This document shows, in pieces, positions 28,378 to 41,400 of a stretch of 64,000 bases of DNA. A program made the translations under genes and the position numbers. How positions within the stretch are numbered: the first letter of the stretch is position 1; the number at the start of each line of letters is the position of its first letter. The stretch is from Neocallimastix sp. 'constans' (Eukaryota), in the NCBI GenBank assembly GCA_050613775.1, contig JBODTK010000115.1, positions 248,001 to 312,000 on the forward strand, in the 5' to 3' direction. The notes under the pieces were generated by a model. It was not told where the DNA came from, did no database searches, and worked only from the letters and a program-made list of their open reading frames with translations.

Positions 28378-29606
28378 GTTTTATAAATTACAATTCTATG
28401 TTAAATAGTTCCAAAATAATGAAAAGTTACTGAAGACGACAATAATAATAAACTTTTTTATGTCCAAAAGTTGTTTTTCCCAAAAATTTAAGTTCCAATA
28501 TTAATTATAAAATTATTATCACTATAAATTATAATTTTATGTTATATAGTTCCAAAAATAATAAAAGTTAACTGAAGACGACAAAAGTAATAAATTTTTT
28601 TATGTCCAGAAGTTCTTTTTCAAAAAATAAAAGTTCCAAAATTTTTTAATTCCAAAAAATTTTAGCTCAAAAAAATCAATAATAATAAAAAATTTCTAAA
28701 GACAACAATAATAATAAATTTTTTTATGTTCAAAAGTTGTTTTTCCAAAAAATTTAAGTTCCAAAAAAAATTTAGTTTCAAAAAATCAATAATAACAATA
28801 ATATTTTACAAATTATTATACATGTTATATAGTTACAAAAATAATAAAATGTTACTGAAGACAACAGTAATAATAAGTTTTTTTTAAGTCCAAAAGTTCT
28901 TTTTCAAAAAATTTAAGTTCCAATATTTTTAAATTCCAAAATATTTTAGCTCAAAAAAATCAATAACAACAACAACAACAATAATAATAATAATAATAAT
29001 AATAATAGTTTTATAAATTACAATTCTATGTTAAGTAGTTCCAAAATAATGAAAAGTTACTGAAGACGACAATAATAATAAACTTTTTTATGTCCAAAAG
29101 TTGTTTTTCCCAAAAATTTAAGTTCCAATATTAATTATAAAATTATTATCACTATAAATTATAATTTTATGTTATATAGTTCCAAAAATAATAAAAGTTA
29201 ACTGAAGACGACAAAAGTAATAAATTTTTTTATGTCCAGAATTTCTTTTTCAAAAAATAAAAGTTCCAAAATTTTTTAATTCCAAAAAATTTTAGCTCAA
29301 AAAAATCAATAATAATAAAAAATTTCTAAAGACAACAATAATAATAAATTTTTTTATGTTCAAAAGTTGTTTTTCCAAAAAATTTAAGTTCCAAAAAAAA
29401 TTTAGTTTCAAAAAATCAATAATAACAATAATATTTTACAAATTATTATACATGTTATATAGTTACAAAAATAATAAAATGTTACTGAAGACAACAGTAA
29501 TAATAAGTTTTTTTTAAGTCCAAAAGTTCTTTTTCAAAAAATTTAAGTTCCAATATTTTTAAATTCCAAAATATTTTAGCTCAAAAAAATCAATAACAAC
29601 AACAAC

Positions 29607-29637
<31 letters not shown>

Positions 29638-30866
29638 GTTTTATAAATTACAATTCTATGTTAAATAGTTCCAAAATAATGAAAAGTTACTGAAGACGAC
29701 AATAATAATAAACTTTTTTATGTCCAAAAGTTGTTTTTCCCAAAAATTTAAGTTCCAATATTAATTATAAAATTATTATCACTATAAATTATAATTTTAT
29801 GTTATATAGTTCCAAAAATAATAAAAGTTAACTGAAGACGACAAAAGTAATAAATTTTTTTATGTCCAGAAGTTCTTTTTCAAAAAATAAAAGTTCCAAA
29901 ATTTTTTAATTCCAAAAAATTTTAGCTCAAAAAAATCAATAATAATAAAAAATTTCTAAAGACAACAATAATAATAAATTTTTTTATGTTCAAAAGTTGT
30001 TTTTCCAAAAAATTTAAGTTCCAAAAAAAATTTAGTTTCAAAAAATCAATAATAACAATAATATTTTACAAATTATTATACATGTTATATAGTTACAAAA
30101 ATAATAAAATGTTACTGAAGACAACAGTAATAATAAGTTTTTTTTAAGTCCAAAAGTTCTTTTTCAAAAAATTTAAGTTCCAATATTTTTAAATTCCAAA
30201 ATATTTTAGCTCAAAAAAATCAATAACAACAACAACAACAATAATAATAATAATAATAATAATAATAGTTTTATAAATTACAATTCTATGTTAAGTAGTT
30301 CCAAAATAATGAAAAGTTACTGAAGACGACAATAATAATAAACTTTTTTATGTCCAAAAGTTGTTTTTCCCAAAAATTTAAGTTCCAATATTAATTATAA
30401 AATTATTATCACTATAAATTATAATTTTATGTTATATAGTTCCAAAAATAATAAAAGTTAACTGAAGACGACAAAAGTAATAAATTTTTTTATGTCCAGA
30501 ATTTCTTTTTCAAAAAATAAAAGTTCCAAAATTTTTTAATTCCAAAAAATTTTAGCTCAAAAAAATCAATAATAATAAAAAATTTCTAAAGACAACAATA
30601 ATAATAAATTTTTTTATGTTCAAAAGTTGTTTTTCCAAAAAATTTAAGTTCCAAAAAAAATTTAGTTTCAAAAAATCAATAATAACAATAATATTTTACA
30701 AATTATTATACATGTTATATAGTTACAAAAATAATAAAATGTTACTGAAGACAACAGTAATAATAAGTTTTTTTTAAGTCCAAAAGTTCTTTTTCAAAAA
30801 ATTTAAGTTCCAATATTTTTAAATTCCAAAATATTTTAGCTCAAAAAAATCAATAACAACAACAAC

Positions 30867-30897
<31 letters not shown>

Positions 30898-31830
30898 GTT
30901 TTATAAATTACAATTCTATGTTAAATAGTTCCAAAATAATGAAAAGTTACTGAAGACGACAATAATAATAAACTTTTTTATGTCCAAAAGTTGTTTTTCC
31001 CAAAAATTTAAGTTCCAATATTAATTATAAAATTATTATCACTATAAATTATAATTTTATGTTATATAGTTCCAAAAATAATAAAAGTTAACTGAAGACG
31101 ACAAAAGTAATAAATTTTTTTATGTCCAGAAGTTCTTTTTCAAAAAATAAAAGTTCCAAAATTTTTTAATTCCAAAAAATTTTAGCTCAAAAAAATCAAT
31201 AATAATAAAAAATTTCTAAAGACAACAATAATAATAAATTTTTTTATGTTCAAAAGTTGTTTTTCCAAAAAATTTAAGTTCCAAAAAAAATTTAGTTTCA
31301 AAAAATCAATAATAACAATAATATTTTACAAATTATTATACATGTTATATAGTTACAAAAATAATAAAATGTTACTGAAGACAACAGTAATAATAAGTTT
31401 TTTTTAAGTCCAAAAGTTCTTTTTCAAAAAATTTAAGTTCCAATATTTTTAAATTCCAAAATATTTTAGCTCAAAAAAATCAATAACAACAACAACAACA
31501 ATAATAATAATAATAATAATAATAATAGTTTTATAAATTACAATTCTATGTTAAGTAGTTCCAAAATAATGAAAAGTTACTGAAGACGACAATAATAATA
31601 AACTTTTTTATGTCCAAAAGTTGTTTTTCCCAAAAATTTAAGTTCCAATATTAATTATAAAATTATTATCACTATAAATTATAATTTTATGTTATATAGT
31701 TCCAAAAATAATAAAAGTTAACTGAAGACGACAAAAGTAATAAATTTTTTTATGTCCAGAATTTCTTTTTCAAAAAATAAAAGTTCCAACATTTTTTAAT
31801 TCCAAAAAATTTTAGCTCAAAAAAATCAAT
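27400..31830. repeat. Higher-order repeat core of the satellite: ~7 copies of a 630-bp four-monomer unit, with a 1260-bp super-period
   Basis: The same sequence recurs at 28681, 29311, 29941, 30571 and 31201. Alternate units differ by linked variants (TTAAGTAG/TTAAATAG, CCAGAATTT/CCAGAAGTT, AAC copy number). Confidence 0.93.
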
Positions 31831-31866
31831 AATAATAATAACAATAATAATCGGTTCAAAAAATCA

Positions 31867-31900
<34 letters not shown>

Positions 31901-32741
31901 AAATTATAATTTTATGTTATATAGTTCCAAAAATAATAAAAATTACTGAAGACGACAATAATAATAAATTTTTTTAGGTCCAAAAGTTCTTTTGCAAAAA
32001 ATAAAAGTTCCAACATTTTTAAATTCCAAAAAATTTTAGCTCATAAAAATCAATAATAACAACAATAATAATAATAATAATAGTTTTATAAATTACAATT
32101 CTATGTTAAATAGTTCCAAAATAATAAAAAATTTCTAAAGACGACATTAATAATAAATTTTTTTATGTCCAAAAGTTGTTTTTTCAAAAAATTTAAGTTC
32201 CAAAAAAATTTAGTTTCCAAAAATCAATAATAATAATATTGTTATTATTATTAATTATAATTCTATGTTATAGTTCCAAAAATAATAAAAAGTTACTGAA
32301 GTTGACAATAATAATAAAATTTTTTGGTTCAAAAGTTCTTTTGCAAAAAATAAAAGTTCTAACATTTTTAAATTCCAAAAAATTTTAGTTCAAAAAAATT
32401 AATAATAATAATAATAATTGTTAAGTAGTTCCAAAAATAATAAAAAGTTACTGAAATTGACAATAATAATAAATTTTTTTAGGTCCAAAAGTTCTTTTTC
32501 AAAAAATAAAAGTTCTAACAATTATAAATTCCAAATAAATTTTAGTTTTAAAAAAAATCAATAATAATAATAATAACATTTTACAAATTATTATGCATGT
32601 AAAATAGTTCAAAAGATAATAAAAAGTTTCTATAGGCGACAAAAGTAATAAATTTTCTTAGGTCTAAAAGTTTTTTTTTTTTTTCAATAAATTTAAGTTC
32701 TAACAATTTTAAGTTCCAAAAAATTTTAGCTCAAAAAAATC

Positions 32742-32779
<38 letters not shown>

Positions 32780-33447
32780 AAATTATAATTTTATGTTATA
32801 TAGTTCCAAAAATAATAAAAAGTTATTGAAGACGACAATAATAATAAATTTTTTTATGTCCAAAAGTTCTTTTTCAAAAAATAAAAACTCCATCAATTTT
32901 AAATTCCAAATAAATTTTAGTTTTAAAAAAAAATCAATAATAATAATAATAACATTTTACAAATTATTATGCATGTTAAATAGTTCAAAAGATAATAAAA
33001 AGTTTCTATAGACGACAAAAGTAATAAATTTTTTTAGGTCTAAAAGTTTTTTTTTTTTAATAAATTTAAGTTCTAACAATTTTAAGTTCCAAAAAATTTT
33101 AGTATCAAAAAATTTAGTAATAAAAATAACAACAGTTTTATAAATTACAATCTTATGTTAATTAGTTCCAAAAATACTAAAAGGTTTCTGAAGACGACAA
33201 TAATAATAAATTTTTTTATGTCCAAAAGTTGTTTTTCCAAAAAATTTAAGTTCCAATATTAATAACATTATTATTATTATAAATTATAATTTTATGATAT
33301 ATATATATATATAGTTCAAAAGATAATAAAAAGTTACTGAAGACGACAAAAGTAATAAATTTTTTAGGTCCAGAAGTTCTTTTTCAAAAAATAAAAGTTC
33401 CAACATTTTTAAATTCCAAAAAATTTTAGCTCAAAAAAATCAATAAA

Positions 33448-33480
<33 letters not shown>

Positions 33481-33919
33481 TTTTATAAATTACAATTCAA
33501 TGTTAAATAGTTCCAAAATAATGAAAAGTTACAATAATAATAAATTTTTTTAAGTCCAAAAGTTGTTTTTCCAAAAAAATTAAGTTCCAAAAAAAATTTA
33601 GTTTCAAAAAATCAATAATAACAATAATATTTTACAAATTAAATAGTTCAAAAGATAATAAAAAGTTTCTATAGACGACAAAAGTAATAAATTTTTTTAT
33701 GTCCAAATGTTTTTTTTTTTTTCAAAAAATTCAAGTTCCAACAATTTTAAGTTCCAAAATATTTTAAGTTCCAAAAAATATTAGTATAAAAAATTCAAAA
33801 ATAAAAATAGCAACAGTTTTATAAATTACAATTCTATGTTAAATAGTTCCAAAAATAATAAAAGGTTTCTGAATCTTTCCAAAAATTTTAAGTTCCAATA
33901 TTAATAATAACATTATAAT

Positions 33920-34410
<491 letters not shown>

Positions 34411-35148
34411 TTATAAATTATAATCTTATGTTAAATAGTTTTAAAATAATAAAAAGTTTCTGAAGTCGATAACAATAATAAATTTTTTTAGGTCTAAAAG
34501 ATCCATTAAATGTATTTTATATGTATTAAGATCATTAACTAAAATATTATTAAAAATAAAGTCTTTCTCTTCAAATAAATAACGTTAATAAATAAACAAA
34601 GCATTGATATTTTTAATAGAAATAAATAAATAATAAATAATAATAAATAAATAAAATAAATAATACATAATAATAATAATCATTTATTAATAACAAAATA
34701 TAATAAATAATTAATAATAACTAATAAATAACAAATAATATATGAAATAAGAATTAAGAATTAAAAAATAAGAAATAAAAAATTAGAAATAAGAAATAAG
34801 AAAATATAATAAAGAGTAAATAAATAAGAAATAATGAATAATATATAATTCATAATAAGTAGTTAAATAATAAATAATTGAATAATAAATAATAAATGAA
34901 TAAGTAATAAACAATAAATAATAAAAATTAAATAATAAATATCAAATGAATATCTTAATTATTAATATTTCTTTTTTTTTATAAATTCGAAATAAATCTT
35001 TATTTTTAAAAATAAATAAATATATTATAATTATTATAATAATGAAACTATAAAAATTTTTTAATTAGTATTAATTAATTGATTATTATTATTATTATTA
35101 TTATTATTTTATTATTTTATTTTATTTCATTTCATTTTTTAAAATAAT

Positions 35149-35191
<43 letters not shown>

Positions 35192-36403
35192 ATTTTTTTT
35201 TATTTGTTAAGTTTCAATAAGCAAACAATGAATATATATATATGTGTGTGTGTGTATAATATATATTTAATTATTTAATTAATTATTTTTTTTATTTGTT
35301 ATAATATAATAATGAATATATTTCAAAATACAGACCATTGCCCATATACAATGAACTAAAAGATAAGGCTAAACTTTTTGATTTTATTATATTAAAAACT
35401 CCAACAAAACGATATTTTTAATAAAAAAAAAAAAAAAATAAAGTTTCACGGAATATTATAAAACTTAAATAAATAAAATTTTTGAAATTAATATTGAATA
35501 AAGTTTTAAATATTTAATTAATAATAATAATAATAATAATAAATAATAATTATTATTATTAAGAGTCATGGAAATTGGGTTTATTAATTATGTCAACTTT
35601 ATTATATTTTATGATAAAGAGTTACTAAAGAATTACTATGGTATAAATCAATACAATTTACATATATTTATATAAATTAATGTAGCTTATATATTTAATT
35701 TCAATGCAATACTTTTTAAATACATTTACTATATATTTGACACTTAATTACATATATATTTCATATATTCTAACACACCCCTCATAACCTAATTATTCCA
35801 CAAAAATAATTTGGTTTATAGGTGAATATGTATATTTCACTTTTTTTCTAAGCTATTTCAATGTTTCTAAACTATAATTAATTCTATTGTCCTACAATTT
35901 ACATTTCATTTAAACTAATTTTAATATATATTTTATATATTATTTACTTATTTCTATTTAAAGTTTATATTACCCGATTGTGTTGACGTTTTTTGGATAA
36001 ACGTTTGAAACCTTTATCCACCAAACTTCTATAAATTGGGTAATTACACAAGTTTGATATTTTTGTATTGGTTACTATTAATTGTACCATGCAATATTAT
36101 ATATATTTTCACAACCTCACTAGGATTCACCCCTCATTTGATAATGATAACACATGATATACCTTCTTGGCAATTCATTCATTTCACGCTAAGCATTTCC
36201 ATTGATGAATTGATTTCTTTATTATTAATACGTGTATCAATAAAAAATAATGAATGGTACTTAATGACATTCCTCCTCCTCCTTCAAATATCCGCCTTTT
36301 GAGGTTGAGTAGTAACTATTTAGTAGTATATGGATAATAAATGTAGTATATGTAAAAATTTCTATATCGTTGACATATTAATATTGTATATATTATTGTA
36401 TGA

Positions 36404-36841
36404 TTAAAAGGCATAACAATATTTGAAACCCTTTTCCCATTTTCCGCCATTAAATCCTAAAACATAAAGGACAAATTCTACGAAATCGTGACAATTATGA
36501 TTAAACTTACTATATTTCTTTCCTGTCCATTCCTCATTACCTATGAGGTTATCAATGACATATTTATATGGATAAGGAGACATTCCTGATAATGTGTCAC
36601 CAAGTTTGTGCCAATTAAATTCAGAAGTCAATCCAACTTTTTTTCTCTCATGCCATCCATCTTCATCATATTCTAATATGTTACAATCGTCAAAGTCGTC
36701 ATTATCTGCTATAGCAATGCATGCATGAGTAATACTTGCTATATCCTCACCTTGATCAGCAACTGGCTGAGCCCATGCACTTTTCTCCCTAAAATTTAGT
36801 GGACGACATCCAACAATAAAGTAAGAAGGTTTAGGAGGCAT
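36404..36841 (-). CDS. Small intronless permuted papain-fold (PPPDE/DeSI- or LRAT-like NlpC/P60) putative peptidase/acyltransferase, 145 aa
   Basis: N-terminal His in THACIAI precedes C-terminal YSKFNHNCHDFV, matching the Y-x(4,5)-NC-x-x-F catalytic Cys motif and His-before-Cys order of permuted NlpC/P60 proteins. Clean ATG-to-TAA ORF with coding-like GC. Confidence 0.7.
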   Translation of the reverse strand: MPPKPSYFIVGCRPLNFREKSAWAQPVADQGEDIASITHACIAIADNDDFDDCNILEYDEDGWHERKKVGLTSEFNWHKLGDTLSGMSPYPYKYVIDNLIGNEEWTGKKYSKFNHNCHDFVEFVLYVLGFNGGKWEKGFKYCYAF

Positions 36842-37194
36842 TTTAATCTTGATTGATAATATGAATAATTTTCAATTTTCTAATTTTTTTTTTTTTTTTT
36901 TATTCTAATATTGAATATTTTAAGGATATAACAAAACTGTTAATGTTGTAATTTAATTATTTGATTCATTCGGTGGGTTTTTATATTAATTTTCTTAAGT
37001 TAAAAATTTGAAATCTAAAAATATTCAAAATCAAATTAACTATGTTCTATTTATCTCTTAATTATTATCACTATTATTTATTTTTTTTTTTCTTTTTTAA
37101 TATAAATTTCTATTTTAAAACTAAAGTTTATATTCAAAATAAATCCAAAGTAAGTTAAATTATTTAAATGTTAATTTCCTTTGTTTATTTTGGA

Positions 37195-37728
37195 ATTTTC
37201 CTATTAACAAAGAAATTCTTTGTGGGAATTTTGTTAATTTTTATTTATTTTAAAATATAAAAATTTATTCTTAATTTTAAAATGTTTTCTTTAATATAGA
37301 ATATTTTACTATTTATAAAAAATAAGAAAGTACTATAAATAAAAAAAAAAAAAGTATTGAATAAAATTAATAAAGTAAAATTAATAAAGTAAAATTAATA
37401 AAATTAAAAAAATAAAAAATTATTTCCAATAATAAATAAGATGATGTTAGGTTAAGTGATCCTAAATTTTTTTTTTTTTTTTTTTTTTTTTTGATTTTCC
37501 TATTAACAAAGAAATTCTTTGTGGGAATTTTGTTAATTTTCTTTATTTTAAAATATAAAAATTTATTCTTAATTTTAAAATGGTTTCTTTAAATATAGAA
37601 TATTTTACTATTTATAAAAAATAAGAAAGTACTATAAATAAAAAAAAAAAAAAGTATTGAATAAAATTAATAAAGTAAAATTAATAAAATTAAAAAATAA
37701 AAAATTATTTCCAATAATAAATAAGATG
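37195..37728. repeat. Tandem direct duplication of a ~240-bp noncoding segment (period ~299 bp)
   Basis: TTTTCCTATTAACAAAGAAATTCTTTGTGGGAATTTTG...TTTCCAATAATAAATAAGATG occurs at ~37196-37443 and ~37495-37728. Confidence 0.9.
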
Positions 37729-38442
37729 GTATTATGAAAGTGATTCAAAAAAATTTAATTTAAAAAAAAAAAGATTTATTAATTAAAAAAAAAATATTTG
37801 AAAAAAAAAATTATATAAAAAAAAAAAATGCTTACTAAAATAAAAAAAAATAAAAAAAAGTCTTCAAAAAAATAATAATAATAAAATATTATTTCATTTT
37901 TATAGATATTATTGATTTTATTAATTATTTATTTTTTATTCTTGTCTTATATATTATCTTATTTTTATATTTAATTTACAAAGAAAAAAAAAGGTGTTTA
38001 TTAAATATAACAAAAACTAAATAGATTTAACTAAAGAAAAAGAAAACAGATTGAATAGAAAGGAATTAAGAAAAAAAAAAAAAAAAAAAAAAAACTTTTT
38101 TTGTATTATTGAATTAATTAATAATAATAATAATTTATTTATATATATATAAATTAGAATAATATATATGAGTATTTATATTTTATATATTTCAAAATTT
38201 TTTAAATTAAAATTTAATGATTAAAATTAAAGTTTATGTCTCATATAAAAAAAAAAAAAAAAAAGAAAATAAAAGAAAAATATGAATATGAATATATCAA
38301 CTACATTGAATTAATATACTATAAAAGATAGACAGATAGATAGATAGAAAATTTTCAAAAAAAAACTTTTTAAATTTTTTTTTTTTTTTTTTTTTTTGTA
38401 TTTGCCGATTTTTTTTATATTTTTTTTTCCCCATTTCAACTT

Positions 38443-41400
38443 TTAACGTTTATGAGGAACTGGCCAGTAAGTGGAACGTTGGAATGGATAGGTTGGTAAT
38501 TCTATTTTATGAACAGAACATGGTTTTTGAGTTTCAGCTTCCACTCTACTATTCACTACCTTCCAATCAATGTTTTGTCCATTTTCATATTCATTCATAA
38601 TGAATTGATCGAAAAGACTCTTCTTTGTGCCATCATCAAAGAATTCAATAACATTAAGTGATGATGGAGATCCGGATGAAATTTCTTGATCACCATTCAT
38701 ACTGTAAAGCGTCATTTTCTTACTCTTTGATGTATATTTATCATTAAAGAATGAATAGTCATTCTTCTTTATTTCATTCTTACTCTTCATGATGGAAGAA
38801 ATATCTTCAAAGGAAAGGCTTTCTCCATTCTTGAATTCTTTTTCAAGAGATGGAATAAAGACTGTCTTTTGGAATTTTGGAATGGATTGTTTTTCGAACC
38901 AGGAAGAAAGATCACTGCCATTCTCAGTAGCAGTTTGAATTAAGGAAATGGATGAACTGAAAGATAATCCTCCACTAAGAACTAAACTTACTATTTCTCC
39001 AAATCCAAATCCTCCATAAATCACCTTACTATTGTTATCCTTTATCATTATAGATTCGATAAGTTGATATAAACTGTAATAGAAGGAAAGGATAAAGAAT
39101 GAGTTATAGCATTTGCTTTCCTTTCCATTCTTTTCTTCTTCTATCATTTGTTTTAAGGAAACACCTTCTACAATCTTTTGAATTTCAGAGTCACAGAATT
39201 CGAATGTCTTCTTGAAAATACTTTCAGTAGATAAAAGCTCCTTAACAGTATCATAGACCTTTCTAGGAATTTGAAGATCAGTGATCGTACCATTTTCAGA
39301 ATAAATTTCAAGATGTTGAGAAATACCATGTCCTTTGGAAGCAGCCTGTTTGAATATAGCTTCATTATCTTCATTTTCATCATCAAAAATTTCCATTCTT
39401 TTTTCAAGATCATTATAGAGTTCATGAGCATTCTTACCAATCGCTGAAATTCTATAGTCGAAATGTTGACGACCAACATTTGAGGTGTAACAGAGATCTT
39501 CAATATTTTCTTCATTATCTTCCATACCTTCAAGGAAGTTCAAATAACTTTCACATAATTCATTTAATGCCGCTGGAGTTTTAGCACTAATGGTTAAGAT
39601 ATGATCTTCTTTACTATCCTTACTCTTCTTAACATCTTCCTCCTTTCCATTTTCTGGAATGTATTCTTGAAGAATGATATGAACAATACTACCTTGTAAA
39701 CCAAAGGAAGATACTTGAGCAATACGTGGTTTGTTATCTTGTGTTTCCCATGGTATGGTTTTGGTAGCAATTTGAATTGGAATGGAATGGATATCAATTT
39801 CTGGATTAAGCGTATTGAAATGTAAATTCTTTGGAATATATTTATGTTGCATAGCTAAGATGACTTTAGCCATACCAGCTAAACCAGCTGCTTCATTGGT
39901 ATGTCCAATGTTTGTTTTCACACTTCCAATCACTAATGGATTTTCTTCGGTGTGACTACCTCCATAAACTTGATTAAGGGCGTCAACTTCAATGGCATCA
40001 CCAAGTGGAGTACCCGTACCATGCGTTTCAACAAATGAAACTTCAGATGGATCAACACCTGCAAATTTAAGTGCTCTCTTCAAGTTAAGCACTTGACCAT
40101 CAGAAGATGGTGCACTAATCGATTGTCTTAAACCACTTTGACCACTGCTGGTGCCAAGGATGACTGAAAGAATATTATCTCCATCACGAACAACATCTTC
40201 AAGACGTTTCAAAATAAACGTAACACATCCTTCACCTGGAACAAAACCATCAGCATCCTTATCAAACGTGGCACAACGACCATGAGGAGAAGTCATACGA
40301 GCAACACTGGTTCTATGGAATTCAGAGGAGGAATATAAATATTTAACTCCGGTAACCACTGATAAGTCACAATCTCCAAATTGTAAGGAACGACAAGCAG
40401 AATGGAGGGCGGAAGCACCTGTGGAACAGGCAGTATCGATAGTAAAGGAAGGTCCGAAAAGTTTATAGAAGTAACTGAGACGGCCGGCAATACCACTTGG
40501 AGTAGAATGTGCAGAAATAGGTGGGATGATACCGTTTTCTTTCATTAAATCTTGATAGTCATGATCATCATTACAACCAACGAAAACTCCTGTGATCGTA
40601 TTTTCTAAGGTATTTGGAGCAATACCTGAATTTTCTAAAGCTTCCCAACTCGTTTCTAAGACCCAACGTTGTCTTGGATCCATACTATTGACTTCTTCGG
40701 GTAAACAATTGAAGAATTCTGCATCAAATTCAGAAGGTTTAGCTGCATTTGAACGAGAATCGTAACAACCACATTTTGGAATATTATGTTCATTTTCTCC
40801 TAAAAGATTGGATGGTTTATCCGCATAACCAAGATGTAATTTTCTATCCTTTACCGGAGCCATGACACAATCTCTACCTTTTGCTAAAGTCATCCAGAAG
40901 GATTTAGTATTATTAATGGCACCTGGTAAACGAAGAGCCATACCAATAACAGCGACCTTTCCACCTATGTCATTTTCTTTTAAAGATTTTGGAATAGCCA
41001 TGGCTTCCTTTTCAAGTTTATTGGTATAACCTGAAATATATTTAGCAAGGTCATAAGGAGTACCATAGTTAAATAAGGTGGAAGCAGAAAATTCCTTTTT
41101 AGTTCTTCTTGCTAAGACATTAGTTAATTTTCTGGTAGCAAGCGAATCGATACTATACATAGTGAATGGAGCATTAACATTGAAATTTTCGAAATCTGGA
41201 GTGGAAGGAATAATTTCTTTAATTGATTCATAAACTGTCATTAATGCCTTTTGAATTTCTTCATTAATTTCTTCTTGAGTTTTTTGTTTCTTAAATTCAT
41301 TATCATTACCATTATCATTATTATTATCATTTTCATTTTCATTTTCATTTTCATTTTCATTTTCAACTTCTTCTTTTTCTTCTTCTTTTTTATTTTCATT

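Noticed and set aside
21007..33011. Short ORFs inside the satellite (e.g. YSSKNNRKLLKSTIII...)
   Set aside because: Chance translations of the monomer; frames are not maintained between copies.
35760..36400. GC-richer stretch next to the PPPDE-like gene, including the 88-aa + strand ORF
   Set aside because: Non-ATG start, no recognisable motif, and stops in the minus-strand frame I read; left unassigned.
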